Shown here: in pieces, positions 1 to 11,843 of the stretch
Layout: each line of letters begins with the position of its first letter
How positions within the stretch are numbered: the first letter of the stretch is position 1
Assembly: GCA_033119305.1 (NCBI GenBank)
Contig: VSWD01000002.1
Coordinates: forward strand, 9,274,974 to 9,338,973
Direction of reading: 5' to 3'
Length of the DNA: 64,000 nt
Source: Pinctada imbricata
Lineage: Eukaryota
Position numbers and translations under genes: made by a program
Notes under the pieces: model-generated
What the model was told of the DNA's origin: nothing
Databases searched by the model: none
The model's input: the letters and a program-made list of their open reading frames with translations, nothing else

Positions 1-519
1 CAAGAAAAAACTTTCTAATTATTAATGGTTGCTATAGTAATTTTGCCATACAATCTAAAATTAAGAACTTTTTGCTGTTTTTCGCAGTCTTGTCCTAAAA
101 AAAGAAATATGCTTTCACAACTTTTTTTATATATATGATAAAGCAAAGTCTAAACTTTATTTTAGATTTGAAATTTTTCAGATTACTTATCTTTGGATGC
201 GTATCCAAGGACTCAATGACAAATATGGATAATGACCATATCCCTGTCTACAGTACAAAATCGATAATTCAGAAAATCAGAAACCGAAGGCATACAAAAT
301 CAGGACAAAACAGGAACCAAAGCAAACAAAAACAAAAACCTCCACACTATGAAAAGAAGCGAACTCCCGATATGAGAGTGAGACCAGGTGCCCAGGAAGA
401 GTAAGCATCTCCTGCTTGCATGCAACACCCGTCGCTTCAATTCGGTAGAACTGTCACATCCGGTTACTTCCATTTTGGAAGATATAGAGTACAATCTCTG
501 GTTGGATGGTTCAAATGGT

Positions 520-1149
520 CTATGACAGAATATCATCCACCATTCTGGATAGTGGGACATCATAGTGTATGACGAGTTCCCCATATCGACCGTAGAACTT
601 CCTCAGTGACGATGTTAGTCGGTCATAAACATATCCCTGACTGAGAAGCTTATCTGAAAGACGCCTAGCTCTCAGAACAAAATCCGTATATTTGGTACTT
701 GCTCTGGCATAGCGTATCAACTGAGATATGAACACGCCGTAAGCAGGCGATGAAGGGATGTTGCTACTCAGAAAAGGAAAGTTCGTAATGCTGAAATTGA
801 AGTCGTCACGTTTGTCATAGAGTGAGGTGTTCATGTGACCATCAGTGTCGTAGGACAACATTATGTCCAAATAGGATGCTGAATTATTTGTCTCTGTAGT
901 TTCTTTGACTTCAAGCTCCGAAGGATAGATACTGCTCAGGTAATCCGCGAATTTTGGATTATTGATGGACAACACATCGTCTATGTATCTGTAAGTGAAG
1001 TTGAAATCAGAAGCTAAGTATCTTTTCCCTTCAGAGACCAAAGATTGAATGAATTCAGCTTCGTACGAGTAAAGGAAAATGTCGGCAAGGAGTGGGGCAC
1101 AATTGGTACCCATTGGAATTCCGACAATTTGCTGGAAGACTATGTGCAA
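520..1149 (-). mobile_element. Retroelement reverse-transcriptase fragment (GIPMGTNCAPLLADIFL ... RYIDDVL ... KRDDFNF...YGVFISQLIRYAR); no intact ORF
   Basis: The minus-strand 209-aa ORF has the RT fingers/palm motif and a YIDD catalytic box. It is truncated at both ends. Confidence 0.6.
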
Positions 1150-2183
1150 TTTTACACAATCGTTCTCTTAGCAACAGGCTATTTCCTGAATATTTAAAAA
1201 AGAATTCCATGTAATCAAAGATCTACTTTATTACATTCATTAATTATCATCACTTTGAATTGAGATTCAATGATCTAGTGAAAAAGGACTCTAAATATTG
1301 TCTAAAATTGCTTTCATTTTTGCGATTTGATATCATGTTGCCATAGCAACGAACACAAACTTTGTTCCAATGGGATTGGATGTTTTATTTGCATGAACAA
1401 CTCAATAAGTAATTTATCATTGAATTTTGAAAAAAATATGCTTAAAACACTTTTTTGATAGGGTACCTGTGTTGTTGCTATGGAAACACAAGGCTTTCTA
1501 CTCTACCTTGATGAAAAAGTAGGAAAAAAGTAGGAGTAGTCAATGAAAAAAAAGTAGGAGAAAAATAGGAAAAAGAAGGAAATAATAGGGGAAAAGTAGG
1601 AAATTTTCCATTACTTTTAGCGTCAATTTTCAGTAAGTATGACACACAAATCACTGTAAGCAATGATTGTAGACTGGTAATGTTCATCTTTGAGGAAATC
1701 ACAGAGAGAAATACAAACAGATTGATTTTTCATGTAAAATAAACAGAATGGGCGAGCGAAGCGAGCCCGAAATATTTTTTTAGATTTTGAATCAGATGTA
1801 GATGACAAGTGAAGCAAGTAATTTTTTACTTTTGAGATTTAGTAACCGAAACGTGCATGTCTGGTTAGTGCTGAAATTTTATCTGTTCTTAAATGATGCT
1901 TTTGAATTTGAAGACGTTTAACATTTGAACCACTTGGTGAGTGTCACTGCTGGTGGAACAGTAGTCCCGGAGGGCACATATAGCCAAGTTCGATCAACTT
2001 CGGTTGATCGTCTATCTCCTCAACGCATTCGAACATTTCCGTTATGAAAAAAAATCTCAAAATTTTTAAAACGTTGGTCCTGTAGCATCATATCCAACCC
2101 ATCCTGCTACGTTTTCGGTACATTTTTGGACATAATATTTTTCACACTCTTTGACAAAATTACATTGTTTAGATTGAGGATCA

Positions 2184-2217
2184 CTGACGAGGGTTAAGTA
2201 CCCGAAACTTGCATGTC
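2184..2217 (+). ncRNA. Type-I hammerhead ribozyme motif (CUGACGA-GGGUUAAGUACCC-GAAAC-UUGCAUGUC), helix III variant
   Basis: Contiguous HHR catalytic core: CUGANGA, a short helix II hairpin, GAAA, a minimal helix III and a GUC cleavage triplet. Helix I strands (GGAUCA / UGGUCC-like) flank it. Confidence 0.6.
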
Positions 2218-2654
2218 AAGTCCATGCTGAACTTTTATCTGTTCTTAAACGATGCTATTGATTTTGAAGACGTTTAACATTGGATAGTAAATGCAACCTT
2301 ATTTTTCACACATTTGCTTTATGAAAAAAATATCACTTTCATTAATTTTTGTTGTTGAAAAGATGGTATCAAGGGAATGTGAAGGAATAAACATCAGAGA
2401 AGTATACTTATACCTTCCATACGCATTTGTTTAAACCTTTTTTGTTTTAATTTACCTTTTTTATGTGTAACGGTTTTTCTCAAAGTATACATATAACTTT
2501 CATTCTCAATTTTTGGACAATTTTAGACGTGTTTTTATGAAACAAATACTGAAAATGTGTTCGCTTTTTGTCTTTTGATTCTGTTATGTTAACGGCGTAT
2601 GTTTAAGAATTTTGAAAAAAAAAAGTCGACAAACTAGAACTTCCCCACGCGAAA

Positions 2655-3590
2655 TGAAAATAGGACCAACATACAGAGACTGATACAAGAATGATACAAT
2701 CTCCACAGAAACACGAATGACAAACAGACGGAGACAATGACACAGCTCCACAGAAACACGAAGGACAAACAGACGGAGACAATGACACAAGCTCCACAGA
2801 AACACGAATGACAAACAGACAGAGACAATGACACAGCTCCATAGAAACACGAATGACAAACAGACAGAGACAATAACACAGCACCATAGAAACACGACGG
2901 ACAAACAGACGGAGACAATGACACAAGCTCAACAGAAACACGAAGGACAAACAGACGGAGACAATGACACAGCTCCACAGAAACACGAAGGACAAACAGA
3001 CGGAGACAATGACACAGCTCCACAGAAACACGAATGACAAACAGACAGAGACAATGACACAAGCTCCACAGAAACACGAAGGACAAACACACAGAGACAA
3101 TGACACAGCTTCATAGAAACACGAAGGACAAACAGACGGAGACAATGACACAAGCTCCACAGAAACACGAATGACAAACAGACAGAGACAATGACACAAG
3201 CTCCACAGAAACACGAATGACAAACAGACAGAGACAATGACACAGCTTCATAGAAACACGAAGGACAAACAGACAGAGACAATGACACAGCTCCACAGAA
3301 ACACGAAGGACAAACAGACAGAGACAATGACACAGCTCCACAGAAACACGAAGGACAAACAGACGGAGACAATGACACAGCTCCACAGAAACACGAAGGA
3401 CAAACAGACGGAGACAATGACACAGCTCCACAGAAACACGAAGGACAAACAGACGGAGACAATGACACAAGCTCCACAGAAACACGAAGGACAAACAGAC
3501 GGAGACAATGACACAGCTCCACAGAAACACGAAGGACAAACAGACGGAGACAATGACACAAGCTCCACAGAAACACGAAGGACAACTTAT
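2655..3590. repeat. Minisatellite, about 45-46 bp unit (caaacagacggagacaatgacacagctccacagaaacacgaagga) x about 20
   Basis: Direct periodicity visible in the sequence. The overlapping ORFs on both strands are repeat artefacts. Confidence 0.9.
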
Positions 3591-5505
3591 CTAAAGAACC
3601 ATCATCAGTGCAAGTGCGGAAGGTATTGTAGAATAATAGAATCTACCACGACGTTGAGACTGAGACAGGGAATGCACTAGGATGAGATTCCCCTGTCTCA
3701 GTCGTAACATCGTGATTGATTATTTTTCTCACTCACCTCATTTAATCATCACTTCAATGTTTTGAAAGCTAGAATCGATACCAATACTTACACAAATCTA
3801 ACGATGGCGTGACGTTATTTTCTATGACGTCATAATAGGATTCAAGTGGAGTGTGAGACAAGGAAATCTCAAACTGCTACGTCTACGTTTTTTCTTTTGT
3901 CTCACGACGTAAGTGAGTGAGAATGTACTTTATCCCACCTCTGGCAAATTTCTTGCAATCTGATTGGTCGAAAAGAGCCGAATACTATGTTGTATTATGT
4001 TACTGACATGATATTATTTTAATATCCTGCTTCTACAAAGACGCATTACGATTTTGACGTCACCGAGATGCTTTCCAAAACATGTTGACGTAACATACAC
4101 AAACCAAAAGCCATCGGTGGGATAAATTCGTTATACAGTGTTTTACAGGAGATACAATAATATATTGGGTCGCCTCGCCAAATACAACTTTTTTCATCGA
4201 CCTAATATATTTCTGTATCTCATCTGTAAAACACTGAATAACTAATAATAAATATTGCTGTTAAAACGCGCCGCACTAATTATTTCCATATCCACCATGT
4301 CTGATGCAACCATTATATCCATGCAGGTAGGACCAAAAAGAAAGCCCAAAGCCAATCCCAATTTCTGTCTTAGTGTAACCATCATTTGTGGTCGCGGCAT
4401 TGTCGTATTATTTGAGGTATTTTTACGAACGATATAAAGGCGTGGCAAATTTTATATATAATTTCAGGCTTTGAAATTTTCATTAATTTCGGTATCTATT
4501 TAATCAAGAAAACATCCTTCTCTTACCTAATTTTGAAATGTCTGTATTAGGAAAGGAACTACATGTACAGGAATTTCATACATAAAAAGAAATCTAAAGC
4601 ACTAATCAGTAGTGTCACATCTAAAGGCATTATAATCATTTTAAGCCACATCTTGGCATCAAATTAATCATGGTATTTCGCGGTTACGGGTAGGAGCACC
4701 TGATTGATCGAAAGACTGTGGTGAACAAAATTTCTTTCTACCTTTATATCACATGTTCATCATTTGATTTCGTACAGATAGCGTGTCAGCCTTCTTTATT
4801 GTATTTTTAATGTATCGGTTGACACAAGCTTTTCTTTTAATGTTTCGCATTCTTAAACTAAGTAAAATAAAAAAAAAACTTTTTTCTTTCTTTAGAATAT
4901 CACGCCAATCCTTTTCAAATTAATTCACTTTAATACAACGTACAGTATAACCAATCAAAAAATCTTGAATTTGTCGTACTATCTTGGCCGAAACGATAGA
5001 TTTTCAGGACAATAGAGCTTTAACTTGACTTCTGATTTGGAATGATAATTTTTCTTAAGGATTGATTCGGAATCAATATTCCTACAGAATCGAAAAATAA
5101 AATCTCACTATTTACTTTTAATGTAAAATAGCCATTGGCGTAAGAAACACTTTTAACAACGTTTTAATGGCGCCACCTACAATAAATTCCATTCTTGCAC
5201 GTTGTCCGTGTTGCGTTATTGTCTCCATCTGTTGTGTTTTTTTTTTCATTTCCGTGCGTGAACATTGTCGGTGGGTGCGGCTAGCCAAACAGGGGATGCT
5301 TACTCCTTCCGGGCACCTGGTCCTATCTCTAGCTTGTTAGGGTCGATACTCAATTTGGTGCTCAGGATCTTCTTCATCTCGCTTGAGACCACTGGATAAC
5401 CGGATACATGCGTGGGTTGTGCACATGTAATTCGGAAAATCACAACACTGGCTACTAACGTGACAGATGACCTTCCTTAGTGGATACCCATCGCCCATTG
5501 CTCTC

Positions 5506-5700
5506 GTTTGTCAATGAAAGGAGGGGAATTCCAACAACACTCGGTTGCAGCAGTCACAGCAAAATCACCAAAAACACCCCATGCAAAAACACAGAGCAGA
5601 CATGCACTGCAAGAGACAGAAAAGGGACAAGGAAAAAACACAACATAGAAACATCAACCTCAAAAGACTACACATAAGCCAACGAGACATATGGGCAATC
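5506..5700 (+). mobile_element. SINE-like interspersed repeat copy (ggaggggatctccaacaacactcggttgcagca...); other copies at 6245-6560 (+), 8400-8530 (-), 9003-9150 (-), 12290-12640 (+), 13180-13340 (+), 13440-13560 (+) and a fragment at 53860-53880
   Basis: At least 8 copies in both orientations share a 150-300 bp consensus. A second conserved module (ggatgcttactccttccgggcacctggtc...) recurs at 375-430, 5276-5335, 8655-8710, 10243-10300, 14255-14300 and 14545-14600. Confidence 0.6.
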
Positions 5701-6795
5701 GATGCCAACTTCGACGCACATCAGAAATGCCAGTAGCCAATTGTGTAGTTAACCGAATTACGAGCAAACAACCCTCCAAACAAGACAGCATGATGCAGGG
5801 GTCCAAGCAACACACCGATAGATATGTAAACAGATTTAAAAATAGAGGGCGACGTGCGAAATACAGTCTGTGCTCTGTCGGTTGTAGCGAGCTCATGCAT
5901 GTTATTAGTATCTCCCGAGGAGTCCGACCGACACTTTGAGAGGACAGGTAGCCCTGTCATTCTCCAACGAGGTTTTGACAAGGTCCGTGATGGAGTCTTG
6001 TAGTCACAGACAGTGTGTATAGTTATGTATAGTCTTGTAGGCTTGGTGTTTGATTCGTCTTTTGCTATTTCACACAGGGATGATTTGGTGTTTTTCGGTT
6101 TGTGCTGCAACTGTTTACTGTTGGAGTCCCCCTCCTCTCTATTTTTAAAGATTCGTTCATGCCATTTAGAATGTTGCTGTTCGTAGCAAACATGTACATT
6201 GCTTAAAACTGTACATTGCTTAAAACTGTATCAGATAAATCAGATACAAAACAAAGGAGGGGATCTCCAACAACACCAGGTTGTAGCACCCACAGCAAAA
6301 CCCCAAAACACCCTATGCAAAAACACAAAGCAGACAAGCACAAAGAGACGCGTAAGGGACAAGGAACGTCAACGCACAACACAAAAAACATCAAACACAA
6401 AGGATTACACATAAACCAACGAGACCAATGGGCAACCGGTGGCGACTTAGGATGGCCATCTGCCATGGAAATAGCAGAAGATATGGTTATCCTGGATTAC
6501 GTGCGCACAACCCTCCGACTTTTCCGATTACCTAGAGGTCTCGAAGAACGTACAATTGTGGTGTAAAACAACCTCCTCACTGTCAGATGACCACACACAA
6601 ACAAGACCGCAAACGCAGGGGCCCAAGCAACACAGATGAATATGTAAATGGATATAAAAAGAGGGCGTACGTAATACAATCCGTGATCTGCCGCCGCGAG
6701 CTCATGTATGATATCACCCGAGGAGTCCGACTGACATTCAGAGAGGACAGGTGGTCGGGGCCCTGTCTTCTCTGAAGAGGTTTGGACAGGGCCCG

Positions 6796-7467
6796 TCATG
6801 GAGTCCCGTCGTCACAGTCAGTCAGAGTGCAAGTTTTAAGAATGCGCTTGTACAAGACTGTAGATTGGTCATGTACCAAGCCTATAGTCCGTCTGGTGAC
6901 ATTAGGATCATACCCACGGTATAAAAGGCGTTTGATGATTCTGACGCATTTTCGATAGTGATGTTGTCTATCTTTGATCCTTCTTATCTTGTTAATTATG
7001 TCACTATAAAATGCAGGTAGTGAAAAACCCAAAGTAATATACTCTGTTGCCTGTATTGGTCCGAATTTCAGAAGAAGTTGACAATGATTTTTGTAAAATT
7101 TCCAGAAAGTCTTTACTAGTTTGTGAAAGCGAAAACCTTGTCCTAAAAGTTTCTTGGTAATTTGTAAATTTCTACTATGAAAATCCAAAACATCAGTACA
7201 TGCTCTAGCATACCGGATGAGCTGTGAAATATAGATACCATAGGACGGTAATCTAGGAACATCACCGTCAAGCCAGGGGAAATTTACTATGTTAAATCCA
7301 AAATCATCTCTTTTGTAATACACACTTGTATGGATCTCTCCATTAACAATTTTGATATTTAGGTCCAAAAAGGGTTTTTCTGTGTTTGAAACGTTTACCT
7401 TGTTTAAAATCAATTCTTGTGGATAAATAACATTTTTATATTTCTCAAAAACAGGATTGTCGATCAA
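6796..7467 (-). mobile_element. Second fragment of the same RT family (C-terminal part: YYKRDDFGFNIVNFPWLDGDVPRLPSYGIYISQLIRYARA...)
   Basis: Protein-level similarity to the 520-1149 ORF over about 60 residues. Further small fragments sit at 9940-10069 (+) and 19687-19780 (+, YRKCVRIIKSLLYRGY). Confidence 0.55.
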
Positions 7468-9210
7468 TTGATGAATTGCAAATCAATGAAACAATTGATG
7501 AATTGCAAAGAGTCCGATATTGATCCCACTGTTAAACTAATGCACAAAGACGTAATAATCAATGTATTCATGAAAGCATTCTATGATATTAAAAAATTAT
7601 GACGTCAAAATGTTAAAGTCCGTTTATGGTACGATGGTGGGTATCTATTGGTCCTTCATTAAGATGGTCATCGAGACTGACGGACTTGATTCAAATAATA
7701 GAATTTGTATTGACACAGAGCTCTAAATTGCTGTGCAAGTCTGTGAAGGAGGACCCTAGACTTGCTCATGTCCCTATATCAAATAAAGTTATTGAAAGAG
7801 AATTGCAATTATCAATCAAAATTTTCATGTCGAAAAGAAATGCCCCTTTAAAACTATAAGCAGTGAGCAATTGGTTGCAGAATCACTAAACAGAGAAGAA
7901 CATTTCGTAAGGCTATGAAGAGCTTTAGTTCAATTAATAAAAAAGTCATTTATTTAATTTTATAATTAAATTGATATAAGGACTTGAGCAAGTCTAGGAG
8001 GACTTAAGCTTTTCAATGACTAACTCTTCGTGTCTCGTCTTACATGGAAACTCTTGATACTGAACTGATTCAATATAAACTTGACGCCCTTACCCAAGGT
8101 TGATCCTGGGCACACTGCCGGCAGCAGGTGTTATATTCTATGAAATTGATTATTCATATAATGGCACAATTTCTATGACATAATAATAATCTAATATACC
8201 AGATATTGAATAGAAAATATATGTAAAAAGATGAATCAAAGGAAAAGGAAAACCAAACCATATTGTAATATCATGAGACATCTAGAGTTATTCAGTGTGA
8301 AGTTATTCTACAAAACAGTTAAAACTGCCTTAGTTGTCCATACATATGGAGAGGCTATCGTGTGTGACTAAGGATTTCATTTCTCAAGAAAAATGTTCAT
8401 GTGTATATGGTGTGAAATGGTGTTCCTTGTTCCTTATACGTCTCTTTCTGTGAGTTTCTACTCTGTGTGTTTTGGAGTTTTTCGTGGATGCTGCAAACGA
8501 GTGTTGTTGGAGATCCCCTATTTTCCTGTATAAAGAGATCACCTGTAATAAACATCAAAGAAGTACCTAACAGTTCTTCAGTCTCAAAGTCGAGAAGGCA
8601 AGGCAAAATCGTGAGCATTCCCATCGAAACGGTTGCGAACTCCGGAATGAACAACATTCCGAAGTGAGACCAGGTGCCCGGGGAGAGTCAGCATCTCCTG
8701 ATTGCATCTTATATGACATTCCCGCAAACGGTCTCTTAAGACAGGTGTAACTTTAGTTAAATACAGATAAGAGAGGATCTCCAACAAGAAGGCGTTGTAT
8801 TGGTCACTGTGGATCACACAGGCATGAAAAAAGAAATGTGAAAAACAAGAACAATTACATCATTACAACAAGTTCAAATTCAAGTTGAAATACTTTATTA
8901 ATGTGTCATATGCCAAATAAATCAATTACAATACCGTAGCTATAAGACAGTAATCATGTATATATGTCATTTAAAAATGTACCAAAGGTCTTTTGTTATT
9001 CATGTTTCTATGGTGTGAGTGGGTGTTCCTTGTCCCTTTTGCTTCTCTTTCTGTTGGTGCCTGCTCTATGTTTTTGCATAAGGTGTTTTTGCGTTTTGCT
9101 GCGGGTGATGCAACCGTGTGTTGTTGGAATCCCCAACTTTCTTTGCTACCGAGAAAAGAAAAAGCGCAAATACCGGCATAGACAGTCTGTTTGATTTACT
9201 ATATACACAG

Positions 9211-9480
9211 CCAATTGTGCCTCATATGAAGTTCATGTGAAATTTACATGAACTTTACATCAAAGTTGACATGAAATTAATGCGAAACGAACACGAACAT
9301 TAAATTTACATGAATATTTTTCACATGAATTCATGTAAAAGTTCTGACATGAATCTCATGAAAGTTCAATTTCGCATAGGGAAATTTATTTGAATGAAAA
9401 TTTATGTGAAATTCCTGTGAAATATTTTCACATTAATCTTATATGTAATACATTTGAATTTCACATGAACTTTCATGAAC
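9211..9480. mobile_element. Truncated copy of the MITE at 55947-56293 (5' TIR cagccaattgtgcctcatatgaa followed by acatgaaatttcacatgaa-type internal palindromic repeats)
   Basis: Shares the 23-bp terminus and the internal motif with the complete element. The 3' TIR is absent. Confidence 0.5.
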
Positions 9481-10479
9481 CAACGTACAGTTTGTATCGG
9501 TGTCTTTCCCAAAGTTGCGCACTGGCAAATCGTGACAAAGGGACTCCATAACTCTTTTAAATCTCGTCAGAGAAGACTGGGTTCTGATTCTCTGTCCTCA
9601 GACTTCTCGAGTGATTGATCTTGAGCTCGCTTCAGCCAGCAGAGCACAGACTGTTATACGCATGCCATAGAATATTTAAGCTCAATATACATAGAATCTG
9701 TGTTACGAGGGGCCGCTGCGTTTAACTTTCTCGTTTGTGATATCACCTAACAGTGAAGTTTTATGCTTATACAACGATTGTGCGTTTATTGAGATCTCTG
9801 TGTATCTGGATAAGTGGGAGGGTTGTGCGCATGTAAGCCGGATAACCACACCATTTGCTAATAGCAGATGGCTGTCCAAATACGGCGCCGGATGCACATT
9901 AGTGCTCAACAAAGCAAATGTCATAAACAAGAAAAAACCTATTTGGACCTCAATTTTAAACAGAGAAATTTATACAAGTGTGTATGACAAAAGGGATCCA
10001 TCATATTACACTTTTCTTTGCTTGACGGTGATGTTCCTAGACTACCATCATACGATATTTACATACTAGAATCTGAACTCATTCTATACACTAGGACATG
10101 TACTTATGGGTTTTTTTTTATTATTATTATTTTCACAGGAGAAATATGCAATTTATTTACAAAGTGTAATGTCTATGTTTCCACTTTCATAAACTAGACT
10201 TTCTGGGCCTTTTACAAAAATTACTTTGCGACGGGTGTTGCATGCAATCAGGAGACGCTGACTCTCCCCGGGCACCTGGTCTCACTTCGGAATGTTATTC
10301 ATTCTTTTGTTTGCAACCGTTCGAATAGGAATTCAAATGATTTTGCCTTGTCTTCTCGACTTTTTTACCTCTAGACTGAATAACTGATATGTAATTCTTT
10401 GATGTTCATTTCATCTTCGTTTGAAATTTGGACCTACACATGCATCAGACTATACTTCCTTTTGAATTTCTTAACCTAC

Positions 10480-10735
10480 CTTTATGGTGACATATCAAAG
10501 CCTATATGGTGACATATCAAAGCCTTTATGGTGACATATCGAAGCCTTTATGGTGACCTATCAAAGCATTTATGGTAAGATATCAAAGCCTTTATGGTGA
10601 CATATCAAAGCCCTTATGGTGACATATCAAAGCCTTTATGATGACATATCAAAGCATTTATGGTGAGATATCAAAGCCTTTATGGTGACATATCAAAGCC
10701 TTTATGGTGACATATTAAAGCCTTTATGGTGACAA
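10480..10735. repeat. Minisatellite, 22-bp unit (tatggtgacatatcaaagcctt) x about 11
   Basis: Direct periodicity. Confidence 0.9.
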
Positions 10736-11808
10736 ACCCCCTTGTAATTCTAAGATTGATTTAAAATTCAAGAATTGTAAAGCTCAGCTTCAGCCACCTT
10801 GAAGACTTTAATGACCTCATAGATATAAATTTCGCGCGTTTTCGATATTCCATTTTAAACCGGAAGCAAGAGTTTTCGCGGTAGTGTTATTGAATGAAAT
10901 CGCCCCTCACAGGTCAGTATGATGTGCTAAAAAAAAAAAAAAAAAATTTAATGACTCGTAACGCGTGACGGTTCTCAGTCAATACAAGTGGGAATATAAA
11001 TAAGACTATATAATAATTATGTTTATATTATTTGTATGTGATTTTGTTTCTCTTACGGTATAGCAAGATAAGAAATTTATCTCCAACATGACTATAATGC
11101 GATGGTCACGCGCTTGAAATGAGAAAAATGGAACTAAGAGACGAAGAGACGGAGGCATTGAGAAAAAGACATTTTTATTCCAACCATGACTTGAAATCTT
11201 GCGATTGTGCTCCATTGAAAATATTGGAACGTCTTTTGATGATTTTCCCTTGTTCTTTCAGAATACGATCTCGATTCATGCTTAAGTGAAGTAAGAAAAT
11301 GGCAACGGTATAAGATTAATACGGATATACCAAAGGATAAAGATGGAGACGTAGATGCTTATGGATAACAAACACAATGGAATAACTTATCATTGGGTAG
11401 ACCATGACTGCTCAACCCAAAAATTAATTTCTATCCTAAATGCTATTTCCTTATTAGTACATGACTTTCTAGTCTTCTGATTAAATATCGAGCAGTGTCG
11501 GTCTCTTTTCGCTTGCTATCTTAATGACAATTTATATTTCATCAATAAACAATTAGCTTGGATAGGAGATTATGACGTCATTTGATTGTTCAAGACTGCT
11601 TTGAGCGTCAACGTGACTTTTCAGTTGTTAAGTTTTACCACAAGCATTGCACCAAAATACTCAAATGACGTCACAAACCACAATTTTGGTTCTGCATACA
11701 GTGTTCAATAGTCTACATTGTTCTCTTGAAATGAATCTATTTTGATAAAGATTTTGAATTATATAATAAATGTATTTGCTGGTGAATGATTTGTTTAGAT
11801 TGAGGATC

Positions 11809-11843
11809 ACTGACGAGGATAAAATACCCGAAACGTGCACGTC
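11809..11843 (+). ncRNA. Hammerhead ribozyme motif copy with degenerate helix II (CUGACGAG GAUAAAAUACCC GAAAC GUGCACGUC)
   Basis: Same core architecture, with mutations in helix II; possibly inactive. Confidence 0.4.

Noticed and set aside
2584-3680. Cluster of overlapping 100-218 aa ORFs on both strands (cysteine/serine-rich on minus, MTQLHRNTKDKQTET-repeat on plus)
   Set aside because: They lie entirely within the 45-bp minisatellite. Periodic peptides on both strands are the signature of repeat-derived ORFs, not genes.
3657-3700. Short hairpin ctgagacagggaatgcactaggatgagattcccctgtctcag
   Set aside because: An 11-bp stem is too short to assign a function without copy-number or expression data.
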